A stretch of 64,000 nt of DNA from NCBI GenBank assembly GCA_016748015.1, contig JAAOMT010000502.1, positions 1 to 64,000 of the forward strand. Reading direction: 5' to 3'. Every line of letters starts with the position of its first letter. Position 1 is the stretch's first letter. Source of the DNA: Geosiphon pyriformis uo1. Lineage: Eukaryota; Fungi; Glomeromycota. A program made the position numbers and the translations under genes. The notes beneath the pieces were generated by a model. It was not told where the DNA came from. It did not search any database and worked only from the letters and a program-made list of their open reading frames with translations. Below are positions 1-12,572 of this stretch, piece after piece.

Positions 1-2970
1 CAATTAATATACTATGAATGCTGAAAATAATTTAGATCTAGAATATTAACTCGATAATTTGACACTAACACTAATGAATCTTCATCAATTCAAACCGTAT
101 TCGACTATAGATTAAATCCAGGCAATGAGAATGAGGATATTTTTACAAATGGTGGAGGAATTTTTGAATGAGTTATTAACCATTGACTCAAATGGATTTG
201 CTCAATGGATTAAGAGATTAAGAGTTTCCAAAATTTTTATGTATAATATTTCTCATAAATAAAAACCCAAGAAATTTGGACTTTTTATGAAGCTTCTTTC
301 AACCTATACAAATCCTTCAAAGAAATCAAATTTTCCCATTAAAATTTCGGCAACGACAGCTAAAAGTAAGACATTTTTTTTATAAAAATAGCAGCTGATT
401 TCTCTATAATGATCTTATATTGCCTGTCAATAAAAATTTATTGCAGAATTAATATTTACCCTTCAATGAAAATTTAAATGATTGGAAATGCTAATTTAAA
501 TAAGAAAAAAATTAATAAATGATCTGTTATATTAAAAATTAGAGCAATCTTTTGGCCTAAATTTTGATTAGTGATAATTGTAATTTTGGGTTAATAGTCT
601 GGTTTGTAATAACTATAAGTCTGGCTTAAATTTTTATTATTATTAACAGTAATTATGACTTAAATTTCAGCTGATAACAATAACAAAAAATATTAAAGAT
701 AAAATTAATATTTCTACTAAAATCAAAATTTATCAAAACACTTTTAACAAAACTACTTTTTTATATAATTATCCTAAAATATACAAAAAACAAACCCTAT
801 ATATTAACTATTCTAAACTTATTATCTATAATTAAATTCTCTTTTATATTTTACTTTTAATTTAGAATTGGACAATCAAAACTTTTTTCCGTGGCAAATT
901 ACTATATTTATTTTATTTTATTTTATTTCATTATTATAAATTTTTAATAAATTATTTTAAAAAAATAAATGAATTTAACAATAAGAATAATAAAAATAAA
1001 CAGTAAAAATGCAAAATAAAACTTTAATAAAAAAAGTTATTTAAAATTAATTATTACTACTTGCTTTTATAGTATGTTTTGTTTATATATAATTCTTTTT
1101 TAAAAAGAAAAAATCAAAATAATATATGACTATTCTATATTTCAAATATAAAAATTAATTAATAATATAATCTTGATAAAAACTGTATTAATTTAATAAA
1201 AATTATAATTAGTATGTTTTATTTATAGTATATATAATTTTAAATACTATTCTTTTGTTTTTTATCTTTAAAGATAACTTTTTTAATATAATTAGTTTTG
1301 GCTGTTTAAATACTTATAGATGTAAATTTTAAAAATCTAAAATAAATTTTTAAATATATAAAAAATTAAATTAAATTAATAAACAATTAACAAAAATATT
1401 TCTTTATACAAAGCACTTTTGAAAATAACTTTAAAAAAAAACAAGTTAATAATTTACATAAAATTAAAGTATAATATTTTTGATTTTATCCAAGTATAAT
1501 TTTTGAATATTTTGTTTTCTAAGTATTATTTTAATAAATAAAATTATAAATAGTATTAATATAATTACAAAGATTATGTTTTTATTTTCTTATATTTGAA
1601 ATATTTTTTTTTCAAGACAAAAAAGTTTGAATTAATTGATTATTAACTGTTTTAAATATATAAAAATTAACGTAATTCAATAAAAATTAATAAAATATTT
1701 TTTTTAAATAAAAAACAAGACTTTTCTATTTATAGCATCTTAATAAATTACTTAAAAGATTTTAAGTTTAGAATTTCTCCTTAAACAATAAGAAAATAAA
1801 TTCAATTGTAAAATTATTTAGTTATAATTATTAAAAAATTTATTAATAATTATATTAAGCTTTATTTATAATACAGTTTATTTTTTTATATAAATATAAA
1901 AAACCTTTAAGCTTTTCAATTTAGTTTTTTGCAGTTTTTAATAGAGTTATAATATATTAAGCCAGTTTAACATTAAAATTAAAGTAGAGGATATTACGAT
2001 AAATTAATACAGAAAATAATAAGAATACATATAAGAATTATACTGTAATTTAATTTATATAAAATTTGTATTATATGCAATATAAGTCCTTAAAATTTTT
2101 AATAGCTTGACTTTTTTATTTATCAAGTAGAAAAAGTTGTAACATTTTTACTGTTTATTGTGAAAATATACAGCATATAATACATAATTATTACAAACAG
2201 ACTGCTATAATATTTGAATATTAAGAAACATTAAAAATAAAAATTGAAATAAGTATAGTGTTAATTAAAACTCCAGAAATGTGGATCAATTTTTTCAATA
2301 CTAAATTTTTTTTAAAAAAAAATTCAAATTTTTAAAAGTTTTGGTAAATTTAATAAAACAAATTAATTAAAATTCAAAAATATAAACAGTTAGAATAATT
2401 TATGGCAGTGAGTACTGATTATTGTGTAATAAAATGCTTACTTTTTTTTAGATCTCAATACAGATAAACTGCCCAGATAGCTTTGTTTGTAAAGTTATAT
2501 GTAAGAAATTAATAAAACTTTATAACTGTAAGAAAAGATTTCTTAATACTTTTGCTGTTATATTGAAAATTAAAATAATTTTGGCTATTAACTTTATAAT
2601 AATAACAATTTATTAATCTATGCTTTTGACAAATAAAAAGAGATTGTGAAGATTATGAATACAATATTTTTCAATCAAAGTTTATCTCACATAACAGACT
2701 TTTCTTCTTAGCTTTCAAATTTTTTTATTTGAAAGAAATCTCTAAGTTTTTGTAAGTACATATTTAAAATTTTTATATACAAGTTGAAAAAAACCCTATT
2801 TATACCTGACAATTTTTGTATATCTATCTACTATCGACTATAATATCTGAAAAGTTACATAGTATTATATCTAATATAAATTAATTTTATTATTATAGCT
2901 TTATTTTTTTTATATTATTTTTTATTATCTAAATTTTTTAAAGAAAATATAACTTTTTTGGTCTAAAAAA

Positions 2971-4112
2971 TTGAGAAAAAAACTCTTTAGGATCTAGTAA
3001 AACTTTTAATGCTTGTTGTATTCTATGTTAGAATGCTTTTTACCAAAATAACTCAATGTTATCCTATCTCTATATAAATTTCTATTCTATAAATACTTAT
3101 AATCAATGCTTGAAAAAAAACTTTTTAGCACCTAATAGTGCTTATTGTATTTTATGCTAAGACATTTTTTATCAGAATAACTTTGTGTTATTTTATCTTT
3201 ATATAAGTCTCTATTCTATAAATATTTATAATCAGTGTTTGAAAAAAATTTTGTTAACACTTGATAGAACATTTCCGTGCTTGTTGTGTTCTATACTATG
3301 GCATTCTTTACTAAAATAACTTAATGTTATCTTAACTTCTATATAAGTTTCTATTTTATGAATATTTATAAAAAAAAACTTTTTAATATTTGACAGCACT
3401 TGCTATATTTTATGCTAAGATACACTTTACCAAAATAACTCAATGTTATCTTATTTTTATATAAGTTTCTATTCTATAAATACATATGACCAATGCTTAA
3501 AAAAAGACTTTTTAGCATCTGATAATACTTGTTATATTTCATGCTAGCATACTTTTTACCAGAATAATTCAATATTATTCTACTCTTATATAAGTTTTTA
3601 TTCTATAAATATTTATAATTAATGTTTGAAAAGAGACTTTTTAGCACTTAACAGAATGTTTTAGTATTTGCTATATTCTATACTAAAGTACTCTTTATCA
3701 GAATAACTTGATGTTATCCTATTTTTATATAAGTCTTATTCTATAAATATCTATGATTAATGCTTGGAAAAAAACTTCTTAGCATCTAACAGAATATTTT
3801 AACACTTGTTATGTTTTATGCTAAAACACTTTTTACTAGAATATTCAATGTTATTTTATCTTTATACAAGTCTCTATTCTATAAATATCTATGGTTAATG
3901 CTTAGAAAGAGATTTATTAATATCTAATAGGACATTTTAACACTTGCTGTATTCTATACTAAAACATTTTTTACCAGAATACTTAATATTATCTTATCTT
4001 TATACAAATTTCTATTCTATAAATATCTATAGCCAATACTTAAAAAGAAATTCATTAGCATCTAATAGGACATTTTAGCACTTGCTGTGTTCTATACTAA
4101 GACACTTTTTGT
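2971..4112. repeat. Minisatellite, ~8.5 diverged copies of a 118-140 bp unit
   Basis: Anchor motif TCTATTCTATAAATA recurs at ~3081, 3210, 3350, 3468, 3597, 3735, 3873 and 4011; copies differ mostly by transitions. Confidence 0.9.
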
Positions 4113-5069
4113 TAATTATAAAAATTTACATATATAAAAACTTTTATTATTTATAATAATATTTATTAATATTTATTTAAATTAAGATTTGTTTATAATA
4201 GTTTATATATATATATAATATTATTAAAAAATTAATTAAAAATAAAAGCAGAGTTATTATAATATATATATAAATTTTCTATATTACTATTAATTTAATG
4301 TGTTTTTTTATTAAAAAATAAAATAAAAACAAATCAAAAAATAAGTTTAATTGTATATTTTTAACATTTAGCTTACATTTAAAACTACAATTTTATTAAA
4401 ATATAATTATTGATAAATATAAAATATAACATTTAATGTATTAAACCAAAAGAAAAGAAATTATTTTAAGTTTAAGTAGATATTATAAATACAGGGGGNN
4501 NNNNNNNNNNNNNNNNNNTGTATTCTATACTAAAACATTTTTTACCAGAATACTTAATATTATCTTATCTTTATACAAATTTCTATTCTATAAATATCTA
4601 TAGCCAATACTTAAAAAGAAATTCATTAGCATCTAATAGGACATTTTAGCACTTGCTGTGTTCTATACTAAGACACTTTTTGTTAATTATAAAAATTTAC
4701 ATATATAAAAACTTTTATTATTTATAATAATATTTATTAATATTTATTTAAATTAAGATTTGTTTATAATAGTTTATATATATATATAATATTATTAAAA
4801 AATTAATTAAAAATAAAAGCAGAGTTATTATAATATATATATAAATTTTCTATATTACTATTAATTTAATGTGTTTTTTTATTAAAAAATAAAATAAAAA
4901 CAAATCAAAAAATAAGTTTAATTGTATATTTTTAACATTTAGCTTACATTTAAAACTACAATTTTATTAAAATATAATTATTGATAAATATAAAATATAA
5001 CATTTAATGTATTAAACCAAAAGAAAAGAAATTATTTTAAGTTTAAGTAGATATTATAAATACAGGGGG
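3948..5069. other. Assembly artefact: identical 551-bp duplication (3948-4498 = 4519-5069) around a 20-N gap
   Basis: The two copies are identical by eye at a constant 571 offset and abut the N run (4499-4518), whereas all true repeats nearby are heavily diverged. Confidence 0.85.
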
Positions 5070-6414
5070 GTATAAAAAATATTGGACACTTTTATAATAT
5101 GTTATATAAAAAAACTAACTTATAAATTATTAATTTTTTATTATTATATTAAAATACATGTTAGTATTTTGTTTGACCTCTATTTGCTTTGAGAATAGCT
5201 TGAACTCGACATGACATAAACTTGATCAAATTACAATAGTAATTTACAGGTATTGCATTTCATTCTTTCTTAACTCACTGTTCTAATTGTACAATATTTG
5301 AGGGTTGTAAATTATGCTAACAAATTTTAACTTTAATATATGACCAAAAATTTTCTATTGGAATAATATCAGAACTTTGTGCTGGCCAAGAAAGTAATTC
5401 AACATTTGAAGAGGCAAGAAAAGAATGCATAACTTTTGATATATGGATTGGTACACTGTCTTCCTAAAAAAAAACTTTTTTTTAGTTTTTTTTGCATTAA
5501 GTTTTATCATAGGAATTGCATAATTAGCCAAGGTTTTGTGGTGTATAACTTCAGTAATATAACCAACCAAAAGAACTAAAGAACCTAAACCAACCCATGA
5601 AAAACATTCCCAAAACATGTGACCAAAGCTTTTTCTAACTGTGGCTGCAATACAATTCTTATGAAATTCTTTGGAAGGTTTACACCATATAAATCTAAAT
5701 TCTGTAGTTCTAAATTGTATATATGTAGATTTATTTGACCAAACAACTTATTAAAAATCTTCTACTGTTCAATTTTCATAAATACGAGCCTATTGTAAAT
5801 GTTTTTCTTTATTTGATTTGGAAATTAATGGCTTAAAATGAAGAATGCACAAGCAAAGTTCTTCTTGAGCTAATCCATTTTGAATAGTTTGTATAAAAAT
5901 AGATTTGTTGGTATTTTTAATAAAATTTAATCGTATTTAAGAAAAAGTTTGGTAGCAGGTTTCTTTATTTTCTATTATTGAATATTAAAGTTGTTTACAT
6001 ATGCATTTGTCAAGAATTTGTGATCAGCCCATTCATTTTTTAAGAAGTTTTTTTAGCTCATATGACTTCCATACATGTATTACAGAAGAATATGAACATC
6101 TAATAGTCGTGGAAATCTCACTGTTTGTATGTCCTAACTTTATTGCTGAAATAATCTTTTCTTTTTGATATTCAGAAAGTTTTTTTCCAAGACATATTTG
6201 ATGCAGTAAATTTTTTCATGGCAAGAATGTTTGATATTTTATATATACGTGTATGATCTACTGTTGTGTTTTACAAGGATGTGATTTATATTGATTGTAG
6301 ATTATAACTATAAGTAATTATAAAAAAAATTATGGCTTAAATTGGTAATAGTATTACTATATATAGCCTTTTTTATATATTATATTAAGTGTCCAATACT
6401 TTTATACCCCTCTG
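5063..6414 (-). mobile_element. Tc1/mariner DNA transposon (Tc1, DD34E), 1352 bp, decayed
   Basis: TIRs CAGGGGGGTATAAAAAATATTGGACACTT (5063) and AAGTGTCCAATACTTTTATACCCCTCTG (ends 6414); TA on both flanks (5061-62, 6415-16). Confidence 0.95.
5161..6195 (-). pseudogene. Tc1 transposase pseudogene
   Basis: HTH-type N-terminus (KLSEYQKEKII...SEISTTIRCS), decayed WSDES (VVWSNKS), MFWECFSW, and *EDSVPIH...WPAQSSDIIPIENFW with 34 residues between D and E; many stops and frameshifts. Confidence 0.92.
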
Positions 6415-6796
6415 TATATATAAATAATGTTTTAAAAAAATAAGGTTTTCAAAACATGTTTATGCATAAATAAAATTAATAAACAAATGTCTTATATTTA
6501 ATAACTTTTATTCAAAAAGTTTCTCTTAAAAGAGATATAAAAATAAAAGTATATATATAATAATAAATTATATTTTGAAGAATTAATTCTTTCTTAATTT
6601 TTGATTTTTATATTATCAATAAAGATTTTTAGATTAAAAGCTTTTTAAATATAATAAATAAAAAGCTTACTATTTGTAAAAAATCTAGATTTTGAAATTA
6701 TTGAATTTTATATCTTGCCATATTATGATATACTAGCATTTTGTATCTTTTTTTTTTCATAAACAGATTCATTTACTTTGCATCTGTTAATTTTTT

Positions 6797-7009
6797 TTAA
6801 GATGTATACTTTTCTATTATAGAACACTTTCTACTGATTACATCTAAAATAGTTTTTTGACAAATGATAATAAAACTGTAGATATTTCTATTCTTAGTAT
6901 GAGAGGCTCTGTTACAAATCTTGGGTGTTAGGTATTCAATAACTCCATAAATTTTGTTTGATTGTGGATAATAATTTGCAGGATAAAAAAATTTAAGATC
7001 AGAAATACA
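6797..7009 (-). pseudogene. Fragment of an AMF-type tyrosine-kinase-like kinase (subdomains VII-X, internally deleted)
   Basis: Stop-free frame CISDLKFFYPAN...KIYGVIEYLTPKICNRASHTKNRNIYSFIII...ILDVISRKCS. Reversing transitions gives ISDLG, YGVIxYxAPE, DIYSF and GKRP motifs. Confidence 0.7.
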
Positions 7010-8653
7010 ACTTTTAAAAATTATTCATAATTATTAATAATTTTATATTGTGTTTAATTTTTTTGACTAATTTATATAAATGAACTGAGTTAAAAATAAA
7101 AATTTACTATTATGTCTACTTTTAATGAATATCAAAGTTCAGATGCAAAAATAGCTTAAAATCAACAAAAAAATTTATTTTTTAAAAAATTTTTAATAGA
7201 AATAATTAATGTTCTTGTCTGCATTAATTATTTTAAATGAAAAAATAAATAAATTAATCAAATGAATAAATCGATCAATCAAAAATTAATTTTTAGTTTG
7301 CCAAAGAATATTATTTAGTTTAAGCTTAGTGATTTAATAAATAGAAATATTAACATTGTTATTTTTACATTATAAGACTTTATTGGAATAAGTTCTATTT
7401 ATTTTATGCAATTTTAATGGAATTATTGTGTTATAATAAGTGAAAATAATATAAAAAATCCTTATTAAGTCTAATTATCTTTAATAATCTTTTGTAAAAT
7501 TAACCAAAAACTTTTTAAAAAACTAGTCTGTTTAAATAAATTAAATTAATCACACAGTAAACCTGTTTAAGTAAATTAAATCAAGTAAATTCAATCAATT
7601 ACCTATTTAAAAATGTAAAAAATTTACCAATATTCGAATTTTCTATTACATGAGAATATACTTCTATAGAATAAAATTCATTTAAAATAATGTGTTTGAC
7701 TTTATTCAAGTCTTTAAGTTAGATAATTAATTATTTGTTGATTGTCAATATTTTTCTAATTTATTGTCATTTGTTGTCTATTGCCAAATTCTTATTTTTG
7801 TTTAGTATCTAATATTGAAACTAAACTCAAAATGTAATTTTAATCAAGATATAATAATGATAAACACTATTAATAACTAATCCTGTTGCAACTATTTATA
7901 TTGTTCTTTTAGCTAACTTTTAGACAAGTAAAAAAATTAAATTAAATATTATAATAGGTTCCACAATTTTAAGAAAAATGTGAATTTAATTTCTCATACT
8001 AATTATATTTAGCCATTTTAGAATAGTCAAGTCAAAAAAAAAGTCATGAGAATCTGTTTAAGTTATAAAGATTCGTGTAATATTATAAAAAATTTCCAGA
8101 AAGTACTTAACTGATTAAAAAGTTTTAAAAAATGACACTTTGTTTTCAAATCAATTTTATTGAAAAGATCTAGTTAACTTTACTTATGTATTATCTCAAA
8201 ATCAATAACTTAGAGGCAATAACATATATAAAGAGATGTTTTCTGTCTTTGAGCAAAATTTTATCTTATATAAAATTACTCTTATTTTTATTAGTAACAA
8301 ATTACCAGTATCTACCAACTCATAAACACAACAACTATAACTAGTATGATTAATAATTTATCATTTATGGCTCATAAATTTAAGAACACTAAAAAGATTT
8401 ATTTTCATTACCAGTTGTATTGATAATTGCAGCAGGTTTCTAAGATTAAAAGTCTTTGGTTGATAGAACAATTCAGATAAAAGTATTAATATATCTCTTT
8501 TAGCTTTAAGTATTAAGTAAAAAAAAAGTTATCCTTTACTGAAAAAAATCCCAATCTTAACCAAAAAAACTCAACCAAGCATGGAATTTTCAACTCTTTT
8601 ATATTGCCAAATGTGGTGTTTTCTAATCATTGTACATGCACCTATTCTGTTGA

Positions 8654-8825
8654 ATATCTGTTTTCACTTATAGTCTATGACATAAATTGTTATATTTCTG
8701 TGCATAAACCCATTTTGCCAAATGTTTGCTTTCACTTATGGTCAATAACATAAATTTTTATTTAACTTTTGTGCTTGCCACATTCCAGTTAAATGTCTGT
8801 TTTCACTTATGATTATTGATATACA
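8654..8825. repeat. Three diverged ~67-71 bp tandem copies
   Basis: AATRT(C/T)TG(T/C)TTTCACTTAT motif at ~8654, 8721 and 8792. Confidence 0.65.
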
Positions 8826-8926
8826 TCATGGATTAAACTGTTTCTATCTATTATCTAGTGAACAGAATGAACTTGGCAAAATTGGCAAAAAAAGAAGCTT
8901 GACTCTAGTTTAATACTAACAATTAA

Positions 8927-9327
8927 CAAATAACTACTGCTTACCAATAATTCTCGAATTCAATATTCAAATAACTATTACCCACCAATAATTTGCAATT
9001 CAATATTCAAATATAACTACCCATCAATATTTTGCAACACAATATTTGAATAATTACTGGTCATCAAAAATGCATGAATTCAATATTTAAATATAATTAC
9101 TACTCACCAATAATTCAATATTTGAATAACCACCACTCACCAAAAATGCATGAATTAAACATTTGAATAATCATTATTCACCAGTAATTTGCAATTTAAT
9201 ATTTGAATAACCATCACTTACCAATAATTTGCAACACAATATATAACTACTACTCATTAATAATTTGCATTTCAACATTCGAATAATTATACTTATCAGT
9301 AATTCACAATTCAATATTTGAATAACA
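8927..9327. repeat. Minisatellite, ~10 copies of a ~40 bp unit, probably TE subterminal
   Basis: Unit approximately (C/T)(G/A)AATAAC(T/C)ACTACTCACCAATAATT(C/T)GCAATTCAATATT. Confidence 0.85.
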
Positions 9328-11663
9328 ATAAATGCAGAATAGAAAATCATAAACAATTGATCATTGAATAGCTGAATTAAATTTTAAGATTAAATGGTAA
9401 AAAATTGATAATTGTTAATCTGTTATTTATGTTTTGCAAGAATGAAAAGTAAAAAGAGGATAGTTTTAAATTTCTTACAAGAATGAAGAATGAGAGGAGA
9501 TAGTTTAAAATTTTTTACAAGAATAAAGAGTGGAAGGAAATAACCATATTCGTTAATTATCTTTTTTATATTCATCTAGTCTATATAGGAATAAAGCTTT
9601 ATTAGTATATAACAAAGTTATCAGAAAAGGGTTTTTACAATGCCAAAATTGTTTACCCATTGCCAATTTTGATAAACTCTTGTTATTTACTGTTTATTGT
9701 TTAAGCTTATTGAAATTTAATTCAGAAATTTAAAATAATTGATATAAAATATTTAAGGAATCTAATGTATAAACTATTGTAATTAATATAAGTATTTTTA
9801 AATAATTAAGTTCAAGCAATAATAACAAATATTCTTGAGACTTTTTTTATGCAAGTTTAGATTTAAATATTAAAATTTAGGAAATATTGAGCATATTTAA
9901 TATACTTTTTCACCGTGTAAAATGAAAACTCTCTGCCCTTGCTATCAAAATGTATTAATTTTGATCAACTATGAATAAAAACTTTAGCATTTCGAAAAAA
10001 AATGATGGGTAAATGTACTTGTTAAAAATCATGTTCAGTCTGATCATTCAATACATCCTTATCGTAAATATGTGAAAATCTTTATTTATTACTTGGGAGG
10101 TATCAAAATTTTTTTTTATGCTCAAGTGAGAACTTTGACATATCTTTGGATAATATTGTCAAAACCGATCACACACAATAATGCTTGAATCAAATAGATC
10201 AGTTTTATTGCTATATGAAATCTAATATCTAAATGTTTAAAATTAAGTTTAGTTTCAATTAATTAAAATTTCACAAAATTTTTTTATTTCTGGAATTTTT
10301 ATTTATTTATTCAAAAGTAAATTTTTTAATGCTCAAATTATTTTTTGTACTTTCTAAATTTGATGAAAGAAATATATTCAAAATTTCGGGGTGTTGTAAT
10401 AATTCAAAGATTAATATTATAAACTCGTAATAGAGTAATTTTTCACATAAAAGTTTAATATTTAAAACAGTTTTGAAAACAAATAATTTTTATGATTTTT
10501 AGTTCATTTTAGTTTAATGGATTTATTCTATTAATTTCTTTTTAAATTATTTATATTTCATTGTATTTTTTATTTTTGTTATCTGTTAGCTTGTTACTTC
10601 AATTTGTACTAATACAATTTTAGCAAAAATTCTAATTTTAATTAATATATATCTTTTGTTTTATTAAAAATCCAAAAATCTGTGAAACTATTCTTAAAAT
10701 TTGCGAAATTGTAAAAAGTATTTAAAAACCAAATTCAACTTTTGATTTAATTCATATAAACTTTCTCTTCAAATGACTGTTTTTTTCTCCTAATATTTTT
10801 CATAAGCTATGCTATTTTGAATAATTAACATTATATTTGTGATATAAATAAAATTTTCTTCATAGGCGAAATTTTTTTAAATTAATTAATTCAGCACAAG
10901 AGCTTATTTAATTAGCCAAAGTTTAAGATTAAAGAAATAAAAAACCTGACATACAAGCTAACTTCTCACAGCCGGAAAATCAGGTATGAAAACTTTTTCA
11001 TTATAGTAGTCGAAATCAAAGCACTATAATGCATAATAAATTATAATTAAGGCAATTATTAAATATAAAAAATATTAGAAAAACTTATTTTAATTTAGTA
11101 TGCTCTTTAATTAAGCACTATTTGATTTACTAACAAATTATAAGGTTGAATAAATAAAAAGTTATTAATTAATTAAAAATATTATTATTTATTTATTAGT
11201 ATCAAAAACAAACAACATAGAATATGTAAAAAAAATATTTGGATAAATTCATATCATCTAGATTTTTTATACTTTTTCTAATTTAAATTCAGTTAGATCA
11301 AGTAATTCAAAAAATTTTGGCAATTCCAACATAAAGTAACTAATTAGCCATTTAACTATCTTAACCTAAATTCTATTAGAATCTTTAAAGTATAATCAAA
11401 AAAAACACAGAAAAAAGTTTCAAGAAAATTAATAAAAAAGAAAATATCTTCCATAATATTTGAGTTAATTTAATAAAAAATGTAAAAAAAATAGCACTAT
11501 TTATTTAAACTTGTAATTTAAAGCTTTACAATATATAATATTACTATTTTATTTGTTAATTAAAAAATTATATATGATATTTAAAAAAAAATATATTCAA
11601 AAATCCACCAAAGAATATATTTGTTTAAAAAAAGCTTTTTTAATCATTTGGTATAATAAATGT

Positions 11664-12510
11664 TGTTACTCATAGAAAAAGAAAACAAATATCAAAAATA
11701 GTAAACCAATAAGAAAAGAGTAGTTAGCATGTGACCATATTGCTCAGCAATGTAGAGCTATGTCAGAAATCATGGCATATTGTTCAGCAATATGGAGTAA
11801 TGTCAGAAATCACGACACATCGCTCAGCAATGTGAAGTAATGTCAAAGAAAATACAGCACATTGCTTGAAAAATTATAGCACATTGCTCAAGAATGTGAG
11901 TGATCTCATAGAACCCAAATTATGTATATATAGTGGTAGTATTAGAAATAGAAAAGACAGACCTCTCAGTTTAGATTTGATCTAAGCAATCTTCTCTTTA
12001 CCAATATCAATAAATAATTCACTATCTCAAATCACTCTCTATTATCAACACCTCATGTTGATAGTAACTGATACTTAACTACACTGAAACAATAGCTCTT
12101 GATCACAGCTATTGACAGGATACTAACTTGTAATTGTTTTTGCTTATTTCTTTATTTTCTTTTATTTTCTTTTATTTTCTTTTTGTTATTTCTTTGGTTT
12201 TACTAAATTAATTAAGGATTAAGTGCTGAGATACAAATGTCATAGGGACTGGTAAAAAACCCGTGAAACAAGAGTAAAACACTCATAGATTTGAGGATAA
12301 CTTACCAAGAAGATTACTGGCCACCACACTGAGAAAAAAATTTGACAGAATTGCAATTCTGGAAGACTACTAAAAACAACTATTACAACTCTGTTCATTA
12401 TACAAAGAACTCCATAACAAAATTTTCAGATATCCACACTAGAAGACTAACCAAGCACTAAGTTACAGATTTGTTATTTAACTTGAAACCCCAAATAATC
12501 ATCTGTAACA
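11664..12510 (+). repeat. 5' LTR (847 bp)
   Basis: TGTTAC...GTAACA termini; TATA-like GTATATATAG at ~11924; AATAAA at ~12009; ~40-bp U3 tandem repeats. Confidence 0.95.
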
Positions 12511-12512
12511 TT

Positions 12513-12529
12513 TGGTGCTTCCTGTGAGG
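12513..12529 (+). promoter_or_regulatory. Primer binding site TGGTGCTTCCTGTGAGG
   Basis: Two nt after the LTR end; the reverse complement CCTCACAGGAAGCACCA has the form of a tRNA 3' end (T-stem, acceptor stem, discriminator A, CCA). Confidence 0.85.
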
Positions 12530-12572
12530 TATAATCCTACAAAGAACCAGCACCAACAGCAATCATCCAAAA

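Noticed and set aside
1-270. Possible gene tail at the window start
   Set aside because: Only short frames (<50 aa) without motifs.
2971-4112. CRISPR-like array or coding repeat
   Set aside because: Whole units are homologous with no unique spacers, the context is eukaryotic, there are no cas genes, and unit lengths are not consistently multiples of 3.
3948-5069. Recent tandem duplication, or a second Tc1 left end at 4492
   Set aside because: Identical copies abut a 20-N scaffold gap; an unmerged contig overlap is the simpler explanation.
8927-9356. CRISPR-like 40-bp array and 60-aa ORF 9174-9356
   Set aside because: Plain tandem repeat without spacers; the ORF is a by-product of the repeat.
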